Source: an uncultured Chromatiales bacterium (GTDB lineage: Bacteria > Pseudomonadota > Gammaproteobacteria > DATFLL01). From it: a stretch of DNA of 64,000 bases. The notes below the pieces were generated by a model. The model worked only from the letters and a program-made list of their open reading frames with translations. It was not told where the DNA came from and searched no databases. Positions 1 through 10,312 of this stretch are shown here, in pieces (position 1 is the stretch's first letter; each line of letters starts with the position of its first letter). The stretch covers positions 37,266-101,265 of the forward strand of contig CAZLQI010000009.1 in assembly GCA_964561765.1 (NCBI GenBank), written 5' to 3'. Made by a program: the position numbers and the translations under genes.

Positions 1-285
1 TTCGAGGCGATGCCCGCGCCAGTCACGATGCCCCTCGCCGGGCCGGTGGTGGTGCGGGTACCGGAGGAGCGCGCCGCACCACCGCAGGGCCCGGAGTGTC
101 TCAACGATGATCTGCGCATGCGCGAGTGGAACCTGATCATTGATGCACTCACCCAGGAGCGGGGCAGTCGCAAGGACACCGCAACGCGCCTGGGTATCAG
201 TCAGCGTACCCTGCGCTACAAACTCTCGCGCATGCGCGAGGCGGGGGTACGGATTCCGGGCGATGTTGGTCCGCAACATGCATGA
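1..285 (+). CDS. fleR: C-terminal part of a sigma-54-dependent flagellar response regulator (FleR/FlrC), truncated by the window edge
   Basis: Fis-type HTH 'GSRKDTATRLGISQRTLRYKLSRMRE'; lies directly upstream of fliE as in fleSR-fliE loci; frame open from base 1. Confidence 0.8.
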   Translation, partial: FEAMPAPVTMPLAGPVVVRVPEERAAPPQGPECLNDDLRMREWNLIIDALTQERGSRKDTATRLGISQRTLRYKLSRMREAGVRIPGDVGPQHA

Positions 286-354
286 TTATGACGCGTTCAA
301 TCATCGATTCCGGAAATGGGTCGTCAATGAACAGCACACTGGGGGACGCCGGAC

Positions 355-702
355 ATGAGTAACACCATTAACAACGACGTGAATGCATTGCTGGCGAAGA
401 TGCAGACGATGAGTCTGGAGGCCCAGGGTGGTGCACCGGGTGCAGGCGGGGCCCTCGCCGGCGGTGCGCCGACAGACAAACCGGATTTCTCGGCGCTGCT
501 CAAGCAGTCCATCGACAGCGTCAATGCCACTCAACAAAATGCCGCAGCATTGTCCAGGTCCTTCGAACTGGGTGATCCCGGCGTACAGTTGGCGCAGGTC
601 ATGGTAGCCATGCAAAAGGCCTCGGTCTCGTTTCAGGCGATGACCCAGGTACGCAACAAACTGGTCTCGGCCTACAAAGACATCATGAACATGCCCATTT
701 GA
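355..702 (+). CDS. fliE: Flagellar hook-basal body protein FliE
   Basis: C-terminal '[34 protein letters not shown]' signature. Confidence 0.97.
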   Translation: MSNTINNDVNALLAKMQTMSLEAQGGAPGAGGALAGGAPTDKPDFSALLKQSIDSVNATQQNAAALSRSFELGDPGVQLAQVMVAMQKASVSFQAMTQVRNKLVSAYKDIMNMPI

Positions 703-772
703 TGATCTGCGCAGACGCTGGGGTGCACGGTATAAGCAGGATAGATAAACACTAAAGCAAGCGGATACGACG

Positions 773-2467
773 ATGGCACTGGTCAAGGCTGAAGATATCA
801 ATACGCAATTTAAAAATATGTCGCACTTGCCGATGTTGCGCCAGCTCGGGCTGCTCATTGGTCTGGCGGCGAGTATTGCGCTGGGGGTGGCGGTGGTGCT
901 GTGGTCGCAAACGCCGAACTACAGTCCGGTGTTCAACGGCCTGTCGGGTACGGATGCCAGTGCCGTGATGAGTGCCTTGCAAAGAGATAATATCCCCTAC
1001 AAGCTTGAGGCCGGCACCCTCATGGTGCCGGCCTCGAAGTTGAACGAGGTTCGGCTCAAACTTGCTGGCGAGGGCCTGCCACATGGCACCAATACCGGCT
1101 TTGAACTGCTGAGCAAGCAGCAGGGTTTCGGTACCAGCCAGTTTATCGAACGGGCGCGCTATCAACACGCGATGGAGGGCGAACTCGCCCGCACCATCGC
1201 GAGCATCAATGCAGTGGAAAACGCGCGGGTGCACCTGGCGGTGCCACGCGAGTCGGTATTCATCCGCGCCAGCAAGAAACCCAGTGCCTCGGTCATGGTG
1301 GAATTATATCCCGGGCGTAGTCTGGACGCAGGTCAGGTGACGGCGATCATGCATCTGGTTGCCTCCAGTGTGCCAAATCTCGATGCGGATGGGGTCACAG
1401 TGGTCGACCAGCGTGGACAATTGTTGACGCCGGATGAAAGCCCACACTCGATGGCGTTGAGCAATACGCAGTTCAAATACACCCGTAAGATCGAACAGGC
1501 CTATAGTCGCAAAATACTAAATCTCCTCAGTCCCCTCGTGGGTCGCAACAATGTACGCGCGCAGGTCGTTGCGGATATGGACTTCACGCAGAGTGAGCAG
1601 ACCCGGGAGGTGTACAATCCCAATTCGCTCGCCGTGCGCAGTGAGCAGCGCTTCGATGAGCAGGTGCCAGTCGGTAGCGGTGTCGGCGGAGTGCCGGGGG
1701 CGCTGTCCAATGAGCCGCCGGGGGCCGGCACGGCACCGCAACAGGTCACACCGCCCGCCAGTGCCGGGAACACGAACGCAGCAAACGCTGGAACAAATGC
1801 GCAGCCAAAGCCCGCAGGCAGTACCAATGCATCGAAGAAAATCACGCGCACGCCCTACAAGACGACCAAGCGCTCCACGATCAACTATGAACTCGACAAG
1901 ACGATCAGTCACACGCGCCGCCCGAGTGGTGTCCTGCAACGGCTGTCGGTTGCCGTGGTGGTCAATGACACGCAGAGCGTCAATGCCAAAGGCAAGAGGG
2001 TGGACACGCCCCTGGCACCGAAGGAGCTCAGTCGCATCGCACAGCTGGTCAAGGATGCGGTGGGTTACAATGTGCAGCGCGGTGATACGGTCAATGTCAT
2101 CAATGCCGCGTTTAAGGCCCCTACGATGGTGGCACCGCTGCCCAAACCGCCAATATGGAAGCAACCCTGGGTGTGGAGTATCGGCAAGCAGCTCCTCGGT
2201 GCGCTGGCCGTGATCTTGCTGGTGTTCGGGGTGTTGCGCCCGGTGATGCGTGGCCTTGCCACGCGCCCCGTGCACACGGTGGCCAAGGATGAGGCGCAGG
2301 AGGATATGGCCGAGGATCAACTGACTCTCAGTGACGGGACACAGCAGCGTCTTCCGGCACCGAACGGTCAGTATGAGAACGCACTGGAAATGGCCAAGGC
2401 CGCCGTCGGTGACGACCCGCGTCGGGTCGCACAGGTGGTCAAGACCTGGGTGGCCAGTGAGGTTTGA
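773..2467 (+). CDS. fliF: Flagellar MS-ring protein FliF
   Basis: Two TM segments; 'ARVHLAVPRESVF...PSASV', 'GGVPGALSNEPP', 'INYELDKTISH' motifs. Confidence 0.98.
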   Translation: MALVKAEDINTQFKNMSHLPMLRQLGLLIGLAASIALGVAVVLWSQTPNYSPVFNGLSGTDASAVMSALQRDNIPYKLEAGTLMVPASKLNEVRLKLAGEGLPHGTNTGFELLSKQQGFGTSQFIERARYQHAMEGELARTIASINAVENARVHLAVPRESVFIRASKKPSASVMVELYPGRSLDAGQVTAIMHLVASSVPNLDADGVTVVDQRGQLLTPDESPHSMALSNTQFKYTRKIEQAYSRKILNLLSPLVGRNNVRAQVVADMDFTQSEQTREVYNPNSLAVRSEQRFDEQVPVGSGVGGVPGALSNEPPGAGTAPQQVTPPASAGNTNAANAGTNAQPKPAGSTNASKKITRTPYKTTKRSTINYELDKTISHTRRPSGVLQRLSVAVVVNDTQSVNAKGKRVDTPLAPKELSRIAQLVKDAVGYNVQRGDTVNVINAAFKAPTMVAPLPKPPIWKQPWVWSIGKQLLGALAVILLVFGVLRPVMRGLATRPVHTVAKDEAQEDMAEDQLTLSDGTQQRLPAPNGQYENALEMAKAAVGDDPRRVAQVVKTWVASEV

Positions 2468-2547
2468 GGGCCCATGAAGCCTGGCCACAACACCGCCCGG
2501 ATGGCTGTCGGCATGGGGGCCGTAATGCACGCAAGGATTAGAAGGTA

Positions 2548-3558
2548 ATGGCGGAGAGTAAAACCAAATTCAGCGGCAGCGAGCGTGCGGCCATCCTGCT
2601 CATGTCGCTGGGTGAGAAGGACGCCGCCGAGGTCATGCGCCACATGTTACCGAAGGAGGTGCAGAAGATCGGCGAGGCCATGGCCACGCTGACCAATGTG
2701 CCCAAGGATTCGGTACATGCCGTGCTCGATGACTTTTGCGGTGTCGTGCAGCAACAGACCTCACTGGGTATCGGCAACGAGGATTACCTGCGCACGGTGC
2801 TGGTCGATGCGATCGGCGCCGATAAGGCGGGTAACCTGATCGATCGTATCCTGCTCGGTCGTTCCTCCAAGGGGCTTGAAGCACTCAAATGGATGGACCC
2901 ACGCGCCGTTGCCGAGATCATCCGCCTCGAACATCCGCAGATTATCGCCATTGTATTGTCCTATCTCGACAGTGATCAGGCGGCAGAGGTGTTGTCGGCA
3001 TTGCCCGAGCGCATGCGCCCGGATGTGTTGATGCGCATCGCGTCGCTCGATGGTATTCAGCCCAATGCGCTGCATGAACTCGATGAGATCCTCGAACGCC
3101 AGTTCTCGGGCAATACGAGCAATGTGCGCTCATCCAGTGTGGGGGGCGTGAAGACTGCGGCGAATATCCTCAACTTCATGGATAGTGCCGTCGAAGGCCA
3201 GCTCATGGACTATGTCAAGGAGCAGGACGAGGAACTCGGCCAAAACATCCAGGACCTGATGTTCGTCTTCGAGAACCTGATTGAACTCGATGATCGCAGT
3301 ATTCAATCCCTGCTGCGCGAGATTTCCTCGGAAAACCTTATCACCGCGCTCAAGGGTGCCGATGAAGCCATCAAGGAGAAGATATTCCACAACATGTCCA
3401 AACGTGCCGCCGAGATGTTGCGCGATGATCTTGAGGCGAAGGGTCCGGTGCGCCTGAGCGATGTCGAGGAGGCGCAAAAGGAGATCCTGTCCGTGGCCCG
3501 GCGCATGGCCGAGTCGGGCGATATCTCGCTGGGCGGCAAGGGCGATGAATATGTCTAG
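2548..3558 (+). CDS. fliG: Flagellar motor switch protein FliG
   Basis: 'AAILLMSLGE', 'EHPQIIA', 'MFVFENL', 'NMSKRAAEMLRDDLE..GPVRLSDVE'. Confidence 0.98.
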   Translation: MAESKTKFSGSERAAILLMSLGEKDAAEVMRHMLPKEVQKIGEAMATLTNVPKDSVHAVLDDFCGVVQQQTSLGIGNEDYLRTVLVDAIGADKAGNLIDRILLGRSSKGLEALKWMDPRAVAEIIRLEHPQIIAIVLSYLDSDQAAEVLSALPERMRPDVLMRIASLDGIQPNALHELDEILERQFSGNTSNVRSSSVGGVKTAANILNFMDSAVEGQLMDYVKEQDEELGQNIQDLMFVFENLIELDDRSIQSLLREISSENLITALKGADEAIKEKIFHNMSKRAAEMLRDDLEAKGPVRLSDVEEAQKEILSVARRMAESGDISLGGKGDEYV

Positions 3559-4321
3559 TCCCTCCAAGCTCATTGGCGCGGAGGAACTGACGGCCTACGA
3601 ACGCTGGGAGTTGCCCACTGTAACCGAAGGGGTCGAGCACCCGCATACCACAGGGCTGGGGGTGAACATGGACGACAGCCCCAACCTGCTAACGGCTGCA
3701 CAGATTGAAGAACTGCAACAACAGGCCTATCAGGAAGGCTACCAGTCCGGTTTCAGTCAGGGGCGCGAAGACGGTGTGCAGGCAGGCCGTGATGAGATGC
3801 ACGCGGCCGCAACGCATCTGGCCGAGGCGTTGAGCGCCCTGAGCACACCCTTCGAGGAACTCGATGCTGAGGTTGAACAGCAACTGGTGGCGTTGGCGTT
3901 CAGCGTGGCGCGCCAGATCATCCGCCGTGAATTGCGTACCGATCCCGGTCAGGTGATTGCCGTGGTTCGCGAGGCGTTGGGTGTATTGCCGGCCGCAGCA
4001 CGCACTATCCGTGTCCACCTGCATCCCGAGGACGCCCGGTTGATGCGTGAGGCGATTACGCTGGGTGATGACGCAGACAGCGCCTGGCAGATTGTCGACG
4101 ACCCGGTGCTGACCCGGGGCGGTTGTCTGATCGAGACTGAATTCTCCACCGTGGATGCCACGGTGGAGAAGCGCATCAATGCCGTCATGGCACAGGTGCT
4201 GGGTAGTGAACGTGGCCATGAGCGGGCGGTGGCGGATCAGCGCTCGCCATCGACTCCGGTTGAGCAGACACGGGTGCCTGTCGGTGATGAGCCGGGCGAG
4301 GGGCACGGTGATGAGCACTGA
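3551..4321 (+). CDS. fliH: Flagellar assembly protein FliH
   Basis: N-terminal 'YERWELP', AxxxGxxxG repeats, 'VHLHPED', '[10 protein letters not shown]'; ATG at 3551 overlaps the fliG stop. Confidence 0.95.
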   Translation: MSSPSKLIGAEELTAYERWELPTVTEGVEHPHTTGLGVNMDDSPNLLTAAQIEELQQQAYQEGYQSGFSQGREDGVQAGRDEMHAAATHLAEALSALSTPFEELDAEVEQQLVALAFSVARQIIRRELRTDPGQVIAVVREALGVLPAAARTIRVHLHPEDARLMREAITLGDDADSAWQIVDDPVLTRGGCLIETEFSTVDATVEKRINAVMAQVLGSERGHERAVADQRSPSTPVEQTRVPVGDEPGEGHGDEH

Positions 4322-5798
4322 CGCCCCCGCCTCACCCTCGATCCGGCGTGGCGCGCGCTGGGCACGACAACTGCACGCCCTTGAGGCACATCTGGAAACC
4401 ATGCCGCCACTGGCCGTGACCGGCAGGCTGACCCGCATGGTGGGTCTGACCCTGGAGGCGGTGGGTTGCCAGGCGGTGATTGGCACGCGCTGCCTGGTGG
4501 AGAGTGTTGGCGCCGATCCTATCGAGGCCGAAGTGGTCGGCTTTTCCGGCGAGCGCCTGTACCTGATGCCCACGGGGGAGTTGCGGGGTGTGGGGCCCAA
4601 CGCGCGGGTCACTCCCAGTCAGGAGACCTATCTGGCACCAGCCGGGGAGGCCTTGCTCGGTCGCGTGCTCGATGGTGTTGGCCGCCCGTTGGATGGGCGT
4701 GGACCCTTGCACGAATCGACGCGAGTGCCTATCACCGGGCAACCGATCAATCCGCTGGCACGACAGCCCATTCGTGAACCGCTCGATGTCGGTGTGCGCG
4801 CGATCAATGCCTTGCTGACCGTGGGGCGTGGGCAGCGCATGGGTCTGTTTGCCGGCAGTGGTGTCGGCAAGAGCGTGTTGCTTGGCATGATGACCCGCTA
4901 TACCACGGCCGATGTGATTGTGGTCGGTCTTATCGGTGAGCGTGGGCGCGAGGTCAAGGAGTTCATCGACAACATCCTCGGTGAAGAAGGTCTGGCACGT
5001 GCGGTGGTGGTCGCCGTGCCCGCAGATCATACCCCGGTCATGCGCATGCATGGCGCGGCGCTGGCCACCAGTATTGCCGAATACTTCCGTGATCAGGGGC
5101 GCGATGTCTTGTTGCTGATGGACTCACTCACCCGTTATGCTCAGGCGCAGCGCGAGATCGGGTTGGCCATCGGCGAACCGCCAGCGACCAAGGGTTATCC
5201 GCCGTCGGTGTTCGCCAAGATGCCGCAACTGGTGGAACGCGCCGGTAACGGGTGTGCCGGTGGGGGCTCCATCACCGCCTTCTATACGGTACTGACAGAA
5301 GGCGATGATCAGCAAGACCCCATTGCTGATGCCGCCCGCGCCATCCTTGATGGACACATCGTGCTCTCACGCACGCTGGCCGAGTCTGGCCACTATCCGG
5401 CGATCGATATCGAGGCATCCATCAGTCGGGCGATGACGGAAATCACCGCCCCGGACCATCAGTTGCAGGCGCGTGAGTTCAAGCAGATGTATTCAACCTA
5501 TCAGCAGAATCGTGATCTGATCAGCGTTGGCGCCTACAGTTCGGGTAGTGATCCACGTATTGATTTGGCCATCGAGATGCAGCCCATCGTGCAGGCCTTT
5601 TTACAGCAGGACATGCACACCCCGGTGCGACTGGCCGACAGCCTGGCGGGTCTGCACACGTTGATGGAGGCGGCCGCACACTCCACGGGCAGGGCTGGCT
5701 CCAACGCCGGTGAGGGTGCTGCGGGGATGAACGAGGGTGTGAGCGTCAGTCAGGCCGCCGCATCCCGGGTCTATCAGGAACAGAGCGAAAGCAGGTAG
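4311..5798 (+). CDS. fliI: Flagellar export ATPase FliI
   Basis: Walker A 'AGSGVGKS', 'GERGREV', '[16 protein letters not shown]'; start placed at ATG 4311 overlapping the fliH end. Confidence 0.97.
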   Translation: MSTDAPASPSIRRGARWARQLHALEAHLETMPPLAVTGRLTRMVGLTLEAVGCQAVIGTRCLVESVGADPIEAEVVGFSGERLYLMPTGELRGVGPNARVTPSQETYLAPAGEALLGRVLDGVGRPLDGRGPLHESTRVPITGQPINPLARQPIREPLDVGVRAINALLTVGRGQRMGLFAGSGVGKSVLLGMMTRYTTADVIVVGLIGERGREVKEFIDNILGEEGLARAVVVAVPADHTPVMRMHGAALATSIAEYFRDQGRDVLLLMDSLTRYAQAQREIGLAIGEPPATKGYPPSVFAKMPQLVERAGNGCAGGGSITAFYTVLTEGDDQQDPIADAARAILDGHIVLSRTLAESGHYPAIDIEASISRAMTEITAPDHQLQAREFKQMYSTYQQNRDLISVGAYSSGSDPRIDLAIEMQPIVQAFLQQDMHTPVRLADSLAGLHTLMEAAAHSTGRAGSNAGEGAAGMNEGVSVSQAAASRVYQEQSESR

Positions 5799-5803
5799 CT
5801 GGT

Positions 5804-6271
5804 ATGTCAAAGCGAAAATCCCGTCGTCTTGAACCCGTCGCTCGCGTGACCAGCCATCATGAACAGGAGGCCATGCGTGCACTGGGTCAGGCCCGTCGGG
5901 TTCTGGAAGAGCAGGTGCGCAAGCTGGGTGAGCTGCGCGAGTATCGCAGCGATTATCAGCAGCGTTTGCAGCACCGCGGCGAACAGGGTATCGATATCGG
6001 TGTCTTGCAGGAATACCGTCGTTTTGTCGAGCGCCTGGATGTCGCCGTTCAGCAGCAGGAAGAGCAGGTGACGCGGGCCAGGCAGGCCTGTGCGGTCTGT
6101 GAGGCCCATTGGCAGGACCGGCGTATTCGTAGTCAGGCCATAGACAAGGCGGTGGCACGCAGCCGGGAGGCCGAGCAACACACCCAGGCTCGGCGTGAGC
6201 AGGACGAGACCGATGAAACGGCGGGGCGTATCAGCGCCAGCGATACCACATCCGAGAGCGGCTCTCGCTGA
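5804..6271 (+). CDS. fliJ: Flagellar export protein FliJ
   Basis: 155-aa coiled coil after fliI, 'YRRFVERLDVAVQQQ', C-terminal 'REQDETDE'. Confidence 0.93.
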   Translation: MSKRKSRRLEPVARVTSHHEQEAMRALGQARRVLEEQVRKLGELREYRSDYQQRLQHRGEQGIDIGVLQEYRRFVERLDVAVQQQEEQVTRARQACAVCEAHWQDRRIRSQAIDKAVARSREAEQHTQARREQDETDETAGRISASDTTSESGSR

Positions 6272-6379
6272 TGACACCGCCCGTTGGCGTTGTCGCATTA
6301 TCCTCAGGGCGCCCACCTGCACTCAGGTGATTCACCCCGAAATGTGATTTCAGCGCGGTGTACTAAGTCAAACAATCTC

Positions 6380-6395
6380 TGGCACGCTCCTTGCT
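6380..6395 (+). promoter_or_regulatory. Sigma-54 (-24/-12) promoter for fliK
   Basis: TGGCACGCTCCTTGCT = TGGCAC-N5-TTGC, GG-N10-GC spacing, ~40 bp upstream of the fliK ATG. Confidence 0.8.
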
Positions 6396-6434
6396 ACTTC
6401 TCCTGACGAAGAGGACCTCGTTACGGAGTACATC

Positions 6435-7667
6435 ATGCCGCAAGTCCCAATGCTTCACGTGAACGCCGTGGCTGCCAATACCCAGAGTGGAGCGCCGGGC
6501 CCCAGCCCGGGGACGTCCGGTGAGGTGAGCGGCCAGGACCCGTCCGCAGGTCATGATGTGCGCGCCGACGGGGGGTTTCACACGGCACTCAAAGGGGTGA
6601 AGAAACAGAGTGATGGTGTGAAAAAGCCGGGCAGCGAACTAAAAAAACAAAATGATGGCCGGGATACGGGGCCGGCATCCACCGCCGGGTCGATGCCGAC
6701 CCATCCGGATACAAAAACCGCCCCGACTGCTCTCGCAGGCAGCATATCAGGTGCTGTCGTCGGGAAAAAATCGACCGATCACGGCAAATTTCAGCCGCCC
6801 TTCCTGCCCTGGACCCTGCCGGTGGAGGCACGCGCCGGGCACATCGGCCTTGTTGCCGACCCCGATTCTGCCATGACAGCATCGGGGCAGGGTCGTCTGC
6901 CGCCAAGCCTGGCGGCCCTCCTGCGACACCCTGGTGCCAATCCCGGTGCCAATCCCGGTGCTGCTCTGGGCACTGGCCCCAAGGCAATTGCGGGTAAAGA
7001 GGGCGATTTTCTGCGCAAAGTGTTTTCCGCGCTCCACAAGCAAGACCCTCCGGGGACCGCCCTCGATCAGACGTTGCTCGCGCGTTTGGCTGTTGATCCA
7101 GCGACCACGAAGGCACTGCTTGGCGGTGGTGCCAGTCCGGCTCAGCTCATGCTCGCTGGCGCAGGTCCGGCGGTGCCCCAACTGCCTGGGGCCACTGTGA
7201 CTCCTGCCGGGCTGATTATCCCGCAGCCGGTTCAGCATCCCGGCTGGTCGCAGGCACTGGGTGAACGGGTGCAGTGGATGCTGGGACAGAACATGCAAAG
7301 CGCGTACATCCGCCTCAATCCACCGGGTCTTGGCCCCCTGGAGGTGCGCATTCTCATCCAAGGTGATCAGACCAGCGTGCAGTTCATTACCCATCACACA
7401 CAAGTACACGATGCCCTGGAGGCTTCGTTGCCGCGTCTGCGGGATATGCTCGGCAATCAGGGCATGCAGTTGGGTAATCTCAATGTCAACGTCTCCGCCC
7501 ATCCTTTCTCCGGATATACGCCGTCGCACGGTGGCGCGGGTCAGGGCCAGGGTGGCTATGGGGGTGGTGCCCATGCGGGTTTCAACGCCGACGATACCGC
7601 CAGTGTGTTGGTGGGGGCCGTCGGGCTGCGACAGCTCGGGCTGAGCATGCTGGATGTGTATGCCTGA
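6435..7667 (+). CDS. fliK: Flagellar hook-length control protein FliK
   Basis: Low-complexity N-terminus; C-terminal T3S4 domain 'WSQALGERVQWM...IRLNPPGLGPLEV...ALEASLPRLRDML'; ends 'LDVYA'. Confidence 0.92.
   Translation: MPQVPMLHVNAVAANTQSGAPGPSPGTSGEVSGQDPSAGHDVRADGGFHTALKGVKKQSDGVKKPGSELKKQNDGRDTGPASTAGSMPTHPDTKTAPTALAGSISGAVVGKKSTDHGKFQPPFLPWTLPVEARAGHIGLVADPDSAMTASGQGRLPPSLAALLRHPGANPGANPGAALGTGPKAIAGKEGDFLRKVFSALHKQDPPGTALDQTLLARLAVDPATTKALLGGGASPAQLMLAGAGPAVPQLPGATVTPAGLIIPQPVQHPGWSQALGERVQWMLGQNMQSAYIRLNPPGLGPLEVRILIQGDQTSVQFITHHTQVHDALEASLPRLRDMLGNQGMQLGNLNVNVSAHPFSGYTPSHGGAGQGQGGYGGGAHAGFNADDTASVLVGAVGLRQLGLSMLDVYA
6930..6961 (+). repeat. 12-bp in-frame tandem repeat in fliK (~2.7 copies, PGAN-PGAN-PGA)
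   Basis: CCTGGTGCCAAT CCCGGTGCCAAT CCCGGTGC. Confidence 0.85.
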
Positions 7668-7746
7668 ATGAAGGGCTCGGTTACACTGTGACCTTGTGCC
7701 AAGGCGCAAGACGGCGAACCCGTGCGCAGATTTCGCGGCGGACGAT

Positions 7747-7773
7747 TAAAGGTTTTTCCCGTTGGACCGACAC
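7747..7773 (+). promoter_or_regulatory. Putative sigma-28 promoter upstream of the second fliA
   Basis: TAAA(GGTTT)-N15-ACCGACAC versus consensus TAAA-N15-GCCGATAA. Confidence 0.4.
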
Positions 7774-7887
7774 ACTGACAAGGCCCGCACGCCCACTGAC
7801 AGTGCCCACGCTGATGGCACCAGGGGCAGGCAGACCACGCTTTTCTATCTTTCCGGCAAGCGGACTCTATTCAGGGAACACGCGTGG

Positions 7888-8598
7888 ATGTACCCCAGCA
7901 TTGAGGCGAATACTGCCAGTGAACTGGTCGAAACCTATGCCCCACTGGTCAAGCGTATTGCCTATCATCTGATTGCGCGCCTGCCACCGAGTGTGTCGGT
8001 CGATGATCTCATTCAGGCCGGCATGCTGGGTTTGCTCGACGCCTGCCGCCAGTACGATCCTTCCCAGGGTGCAAAGTTTGCAACCTATGCGCGTATACGC
8101 GTGCGTGGTGCCATGCTGGATGAATTGCGTCGCAATGATTGGGCGCCGAAGTCGGTGCATCGGCGCATGCGCGATGTGGAAGTGGCGATCAGGGTGATTG
8201 AGGCACGGTACGGACGTGATGCCCGCGACGGCGAGGTCGCCGAATGCATGGGCATTGAACTCGATGAGTATTACCACATCCTGCAAGACGCGCGCAGTTG
8301 CACGGTGCTGACTCTCGACGATGCCGGGCTGGAGGGCAATCTGGGTCGCGATGACCCGGGGGAAGGGCTGCGCGGCCCCCTGGATGGCCTGCTCACTGAG
8401 CAGTTCCGCCAGGAACTGGCCAATGCTATCAGTAGTCTGCCCGAGCGCGAGCGCATGGTAGTCAGCTTCTATTATGACAACGAACTCAATCTGCGCGAGA
8501 TCGGCCAGCTGCTGGGTGTGAGTGAATCGCGCATCAGCCAGTTGTTGAGCCAGGCGCATCTGCGGCTGCGCTCGCGCTTGCGCGGCGGCACGGACTGA
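7888..8598 (+). CDS. fliA: Second FliA/WhiG-family RNA polymerase sigma factor (sigma-28 paralog)
   Basis: 'LVKRIAYHL..RLP', 'DLIQAGMLGLL', 'RGAMLDELRRNDWAP', region 4 'LNLREIGQLLGVSESRISQ'; start placed at ATG 7888 by comparison with the copy at 46078. Confidence 0.92.
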   Translation: MYPSIEANTASELVETYAPLVKRIAYHLIARLPPSVSVDDLIQAGMLGLLDACRQYDPSQGAKFATYARIRVRGAMLDELRRNDWAPKSVHRRMRDVEVAIRVIEARYGRDARDGEVAECMGIELDEYYHILQDARSCTVLTLDDAGLEGNLGRDDPGEGLRGPLDGLLTEQFRQELANAISSLPERERMVVSFYYDNELNLREIGQLLGVSESRISQLLSQAHLRLRSRLRGGTD

Positions 8599-8821
8599 CG
8601 GTATTTATCACCAGTCCGACGGGAAGTTGTGATGTGCTTGGTGTTTTTGGTGTCGCTGCACGGTTATGCTCAATGCGTCGTGATGCTACTTTCCGAGCGC
8701 AGGATGGCGATTCAATATGCCTGGTACAAACCGTTCGCTGCCCGCATTATCTGTCGGCGCGTGGAACGGTCGATATAATAATTATTCATTCTTGATTTGA
8801 AGACCTCTCAAGGAGGCATCG

Positions 8822-10312
8822 ATGAGCCTGTCCGATATTTTTCTCTTCCTGCCGGGACCGCCCGTCATTTCCATCCTGTTCTGGGTGGTGCTGTTAATGG
8901 CGGCCCTGTACCTGGCACGTACCCCTGCACATCGCGCCCTGTTATCTCTGAGCAGTGTGCTGCACCATGCCTTCAGACTGTCGGCGTACTCGGTGCGCCT
9001 GGCCGAACAACGCCTGCACCTGCGCAACCGCGAGGTGTTGCTCTCTGCCGGGCGCGAGGCGTCGGAACGCATCATTGAACGCGAGTTCGAACGCGTGGAT
9101 GATGGGGTGCGCCGCGATCTGGCCGAGTATCCCGCCCTGCAGCGCCACATCAACGAGGGCATCACGCATATCGAGGAGGACTACCAGCAGAGCACCGAGG
9201 TACCACCGGCCCCGCCGGGCTGGGTCAAGGCCGTTGAGTCCGTGGCCAAGATTCCGTCTGCGGGCGATCCTATGGTGGCCAATATTCTTGAGGATATCCA
9301 CAGTTCGTTGCTCAAGGCGCAGAACCATGCCACCGAGGAATACCGCAAGAGTAGCCACGAACGCCATATGTATCTCAAACGCATGATGCCGCACTGGCGC
9401 AGGCTGCTGCAATTGCTTGGTCGTGTGGACAAGAATGTGAACAGCCTGCTGGAGCGATCCAAGACGCTGGACCGACACATGGACGAGTACGAGGGGATCA
9501 TCAAGAAGACGGACCATGCGGTGCGCATGCTGTCCTCGTCTTCCATTACCCAGTTCTTCATCGCGGCCTTTGTGTTGGTGATTGCCATTGGTGGTGCGGT
9601 GATCAACTTTCATCTCATCGCCCGGCCGATGTCGGAGATGGTAGGTGGGACGAGTTACATCAATCTGGGTTTTGCCAGCTATCGGACTGCGGATGTTGCC
9701 GCCCTGGTGCTCATCTTGGTCGAGGTCGCGATGGGCCTGTTTCTGATGGAGTCCTTGCGTATCACGCGCCTGTTCCCGGTGATCAATGCGCTGAATGACA
9801 AGCTGCGTGTGCGCATGATCTGGATTACATTCGCCATCCTGCTCGCATTGGCCAGTGTCGAATCGGGGCTGGCCTATATGCGTGAGATCCTCTCGCTGGA
9901 TGATGCGGCGCTGCGCGCCACGCTGCTCGGCAATACCTCCGTGGCGGTGGACCATACCAGCCGCTGGATCACCACGGCGGCGCAGATGGGGATGAGTTTC
10001 ATCTTGCCCTTCGCCCTGACCTTTGTGGCGATTCCACTGGAGTCCTTTATTCATTCCCTGCGCACCGTGCTGGGTCTCGTCGGTGTGGGGTTGTTGCGGG
10101 CGTTGGCTTTTGCGCTGCGACTGCTGGGCAACATCTCACGCTATACCGGAACACTGTCGGTCAATGTGTATGATTTGCTGATCTTTGCGCCGTTGTGGCT
10201 GGAGCGCCAGTGGATACAACGCAGTGCCGGGCGGCCCCTCGGCGTGGTGGTGAAGGCGGAGGGTCGACGCGGGGGCGGCGCCAAGCCCGCCGCGGTGGAG
10301 GGGCAGTCATGA
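8822..10312 (+). CDS. Uncharacterised multi-pass membrane protein (N-terminal TM, ~200-aa helical soluble region, ~4 C-terminal TMs)
   Basis: 496-aa ORF with AGGAGG RBS; TATAAT at 8774-8779; hydrophobic segments at approx. residues 12-31, 245-265, 290-310, 330-352, 382-404. Confidence 0.85.
   Translation: MSLSDIFLFLPGPPVISILFWVVLLMAALYLARTPAHRALLSLSSVLHHAFRLSAYSVRLAEQRLHLRNREVLLSAGREASERIIEREFERVDDGVRRDLAEYPALQRHINEGITHIEEDYQQSTEVPPAPPGWVKAVESVAKIPSAGDPMVANILEDIHSSLLKAQNHATEEYRKSSHERHMYLKRMMPHWRRLLQLLGRVDKNVNSLLERSKTLDRHMDEYEGIIKKTDHAVRMLSSSSITQFFIAAFVLVIAIGGAVINFHLIARPMSEMVGGTSYINLGFASYRTADVAALVLILVEVAMGLFLMESLRITRLFPVINALNDKLRVRMIWITFAILLALASVESGLAYMREILSLDDAALRATLLGNTSVAVDHTSRWITTAAQMGMSFILPFALTFVAIPLESFIHSLRTVLGLVGVGLLRALAFALRLLGNISRYTGTLSVNVYDLLIFAPLWLERQWIQRSAGRPLGVVVKAEGRRGGGAKPAAVEGQS

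Noticed and set aside
720-740. Sigma-54-like element before fliF (GTGCACGGTATAAGCA)
   Set aside because: Lacks the invariant GG at -24 with correct spacing
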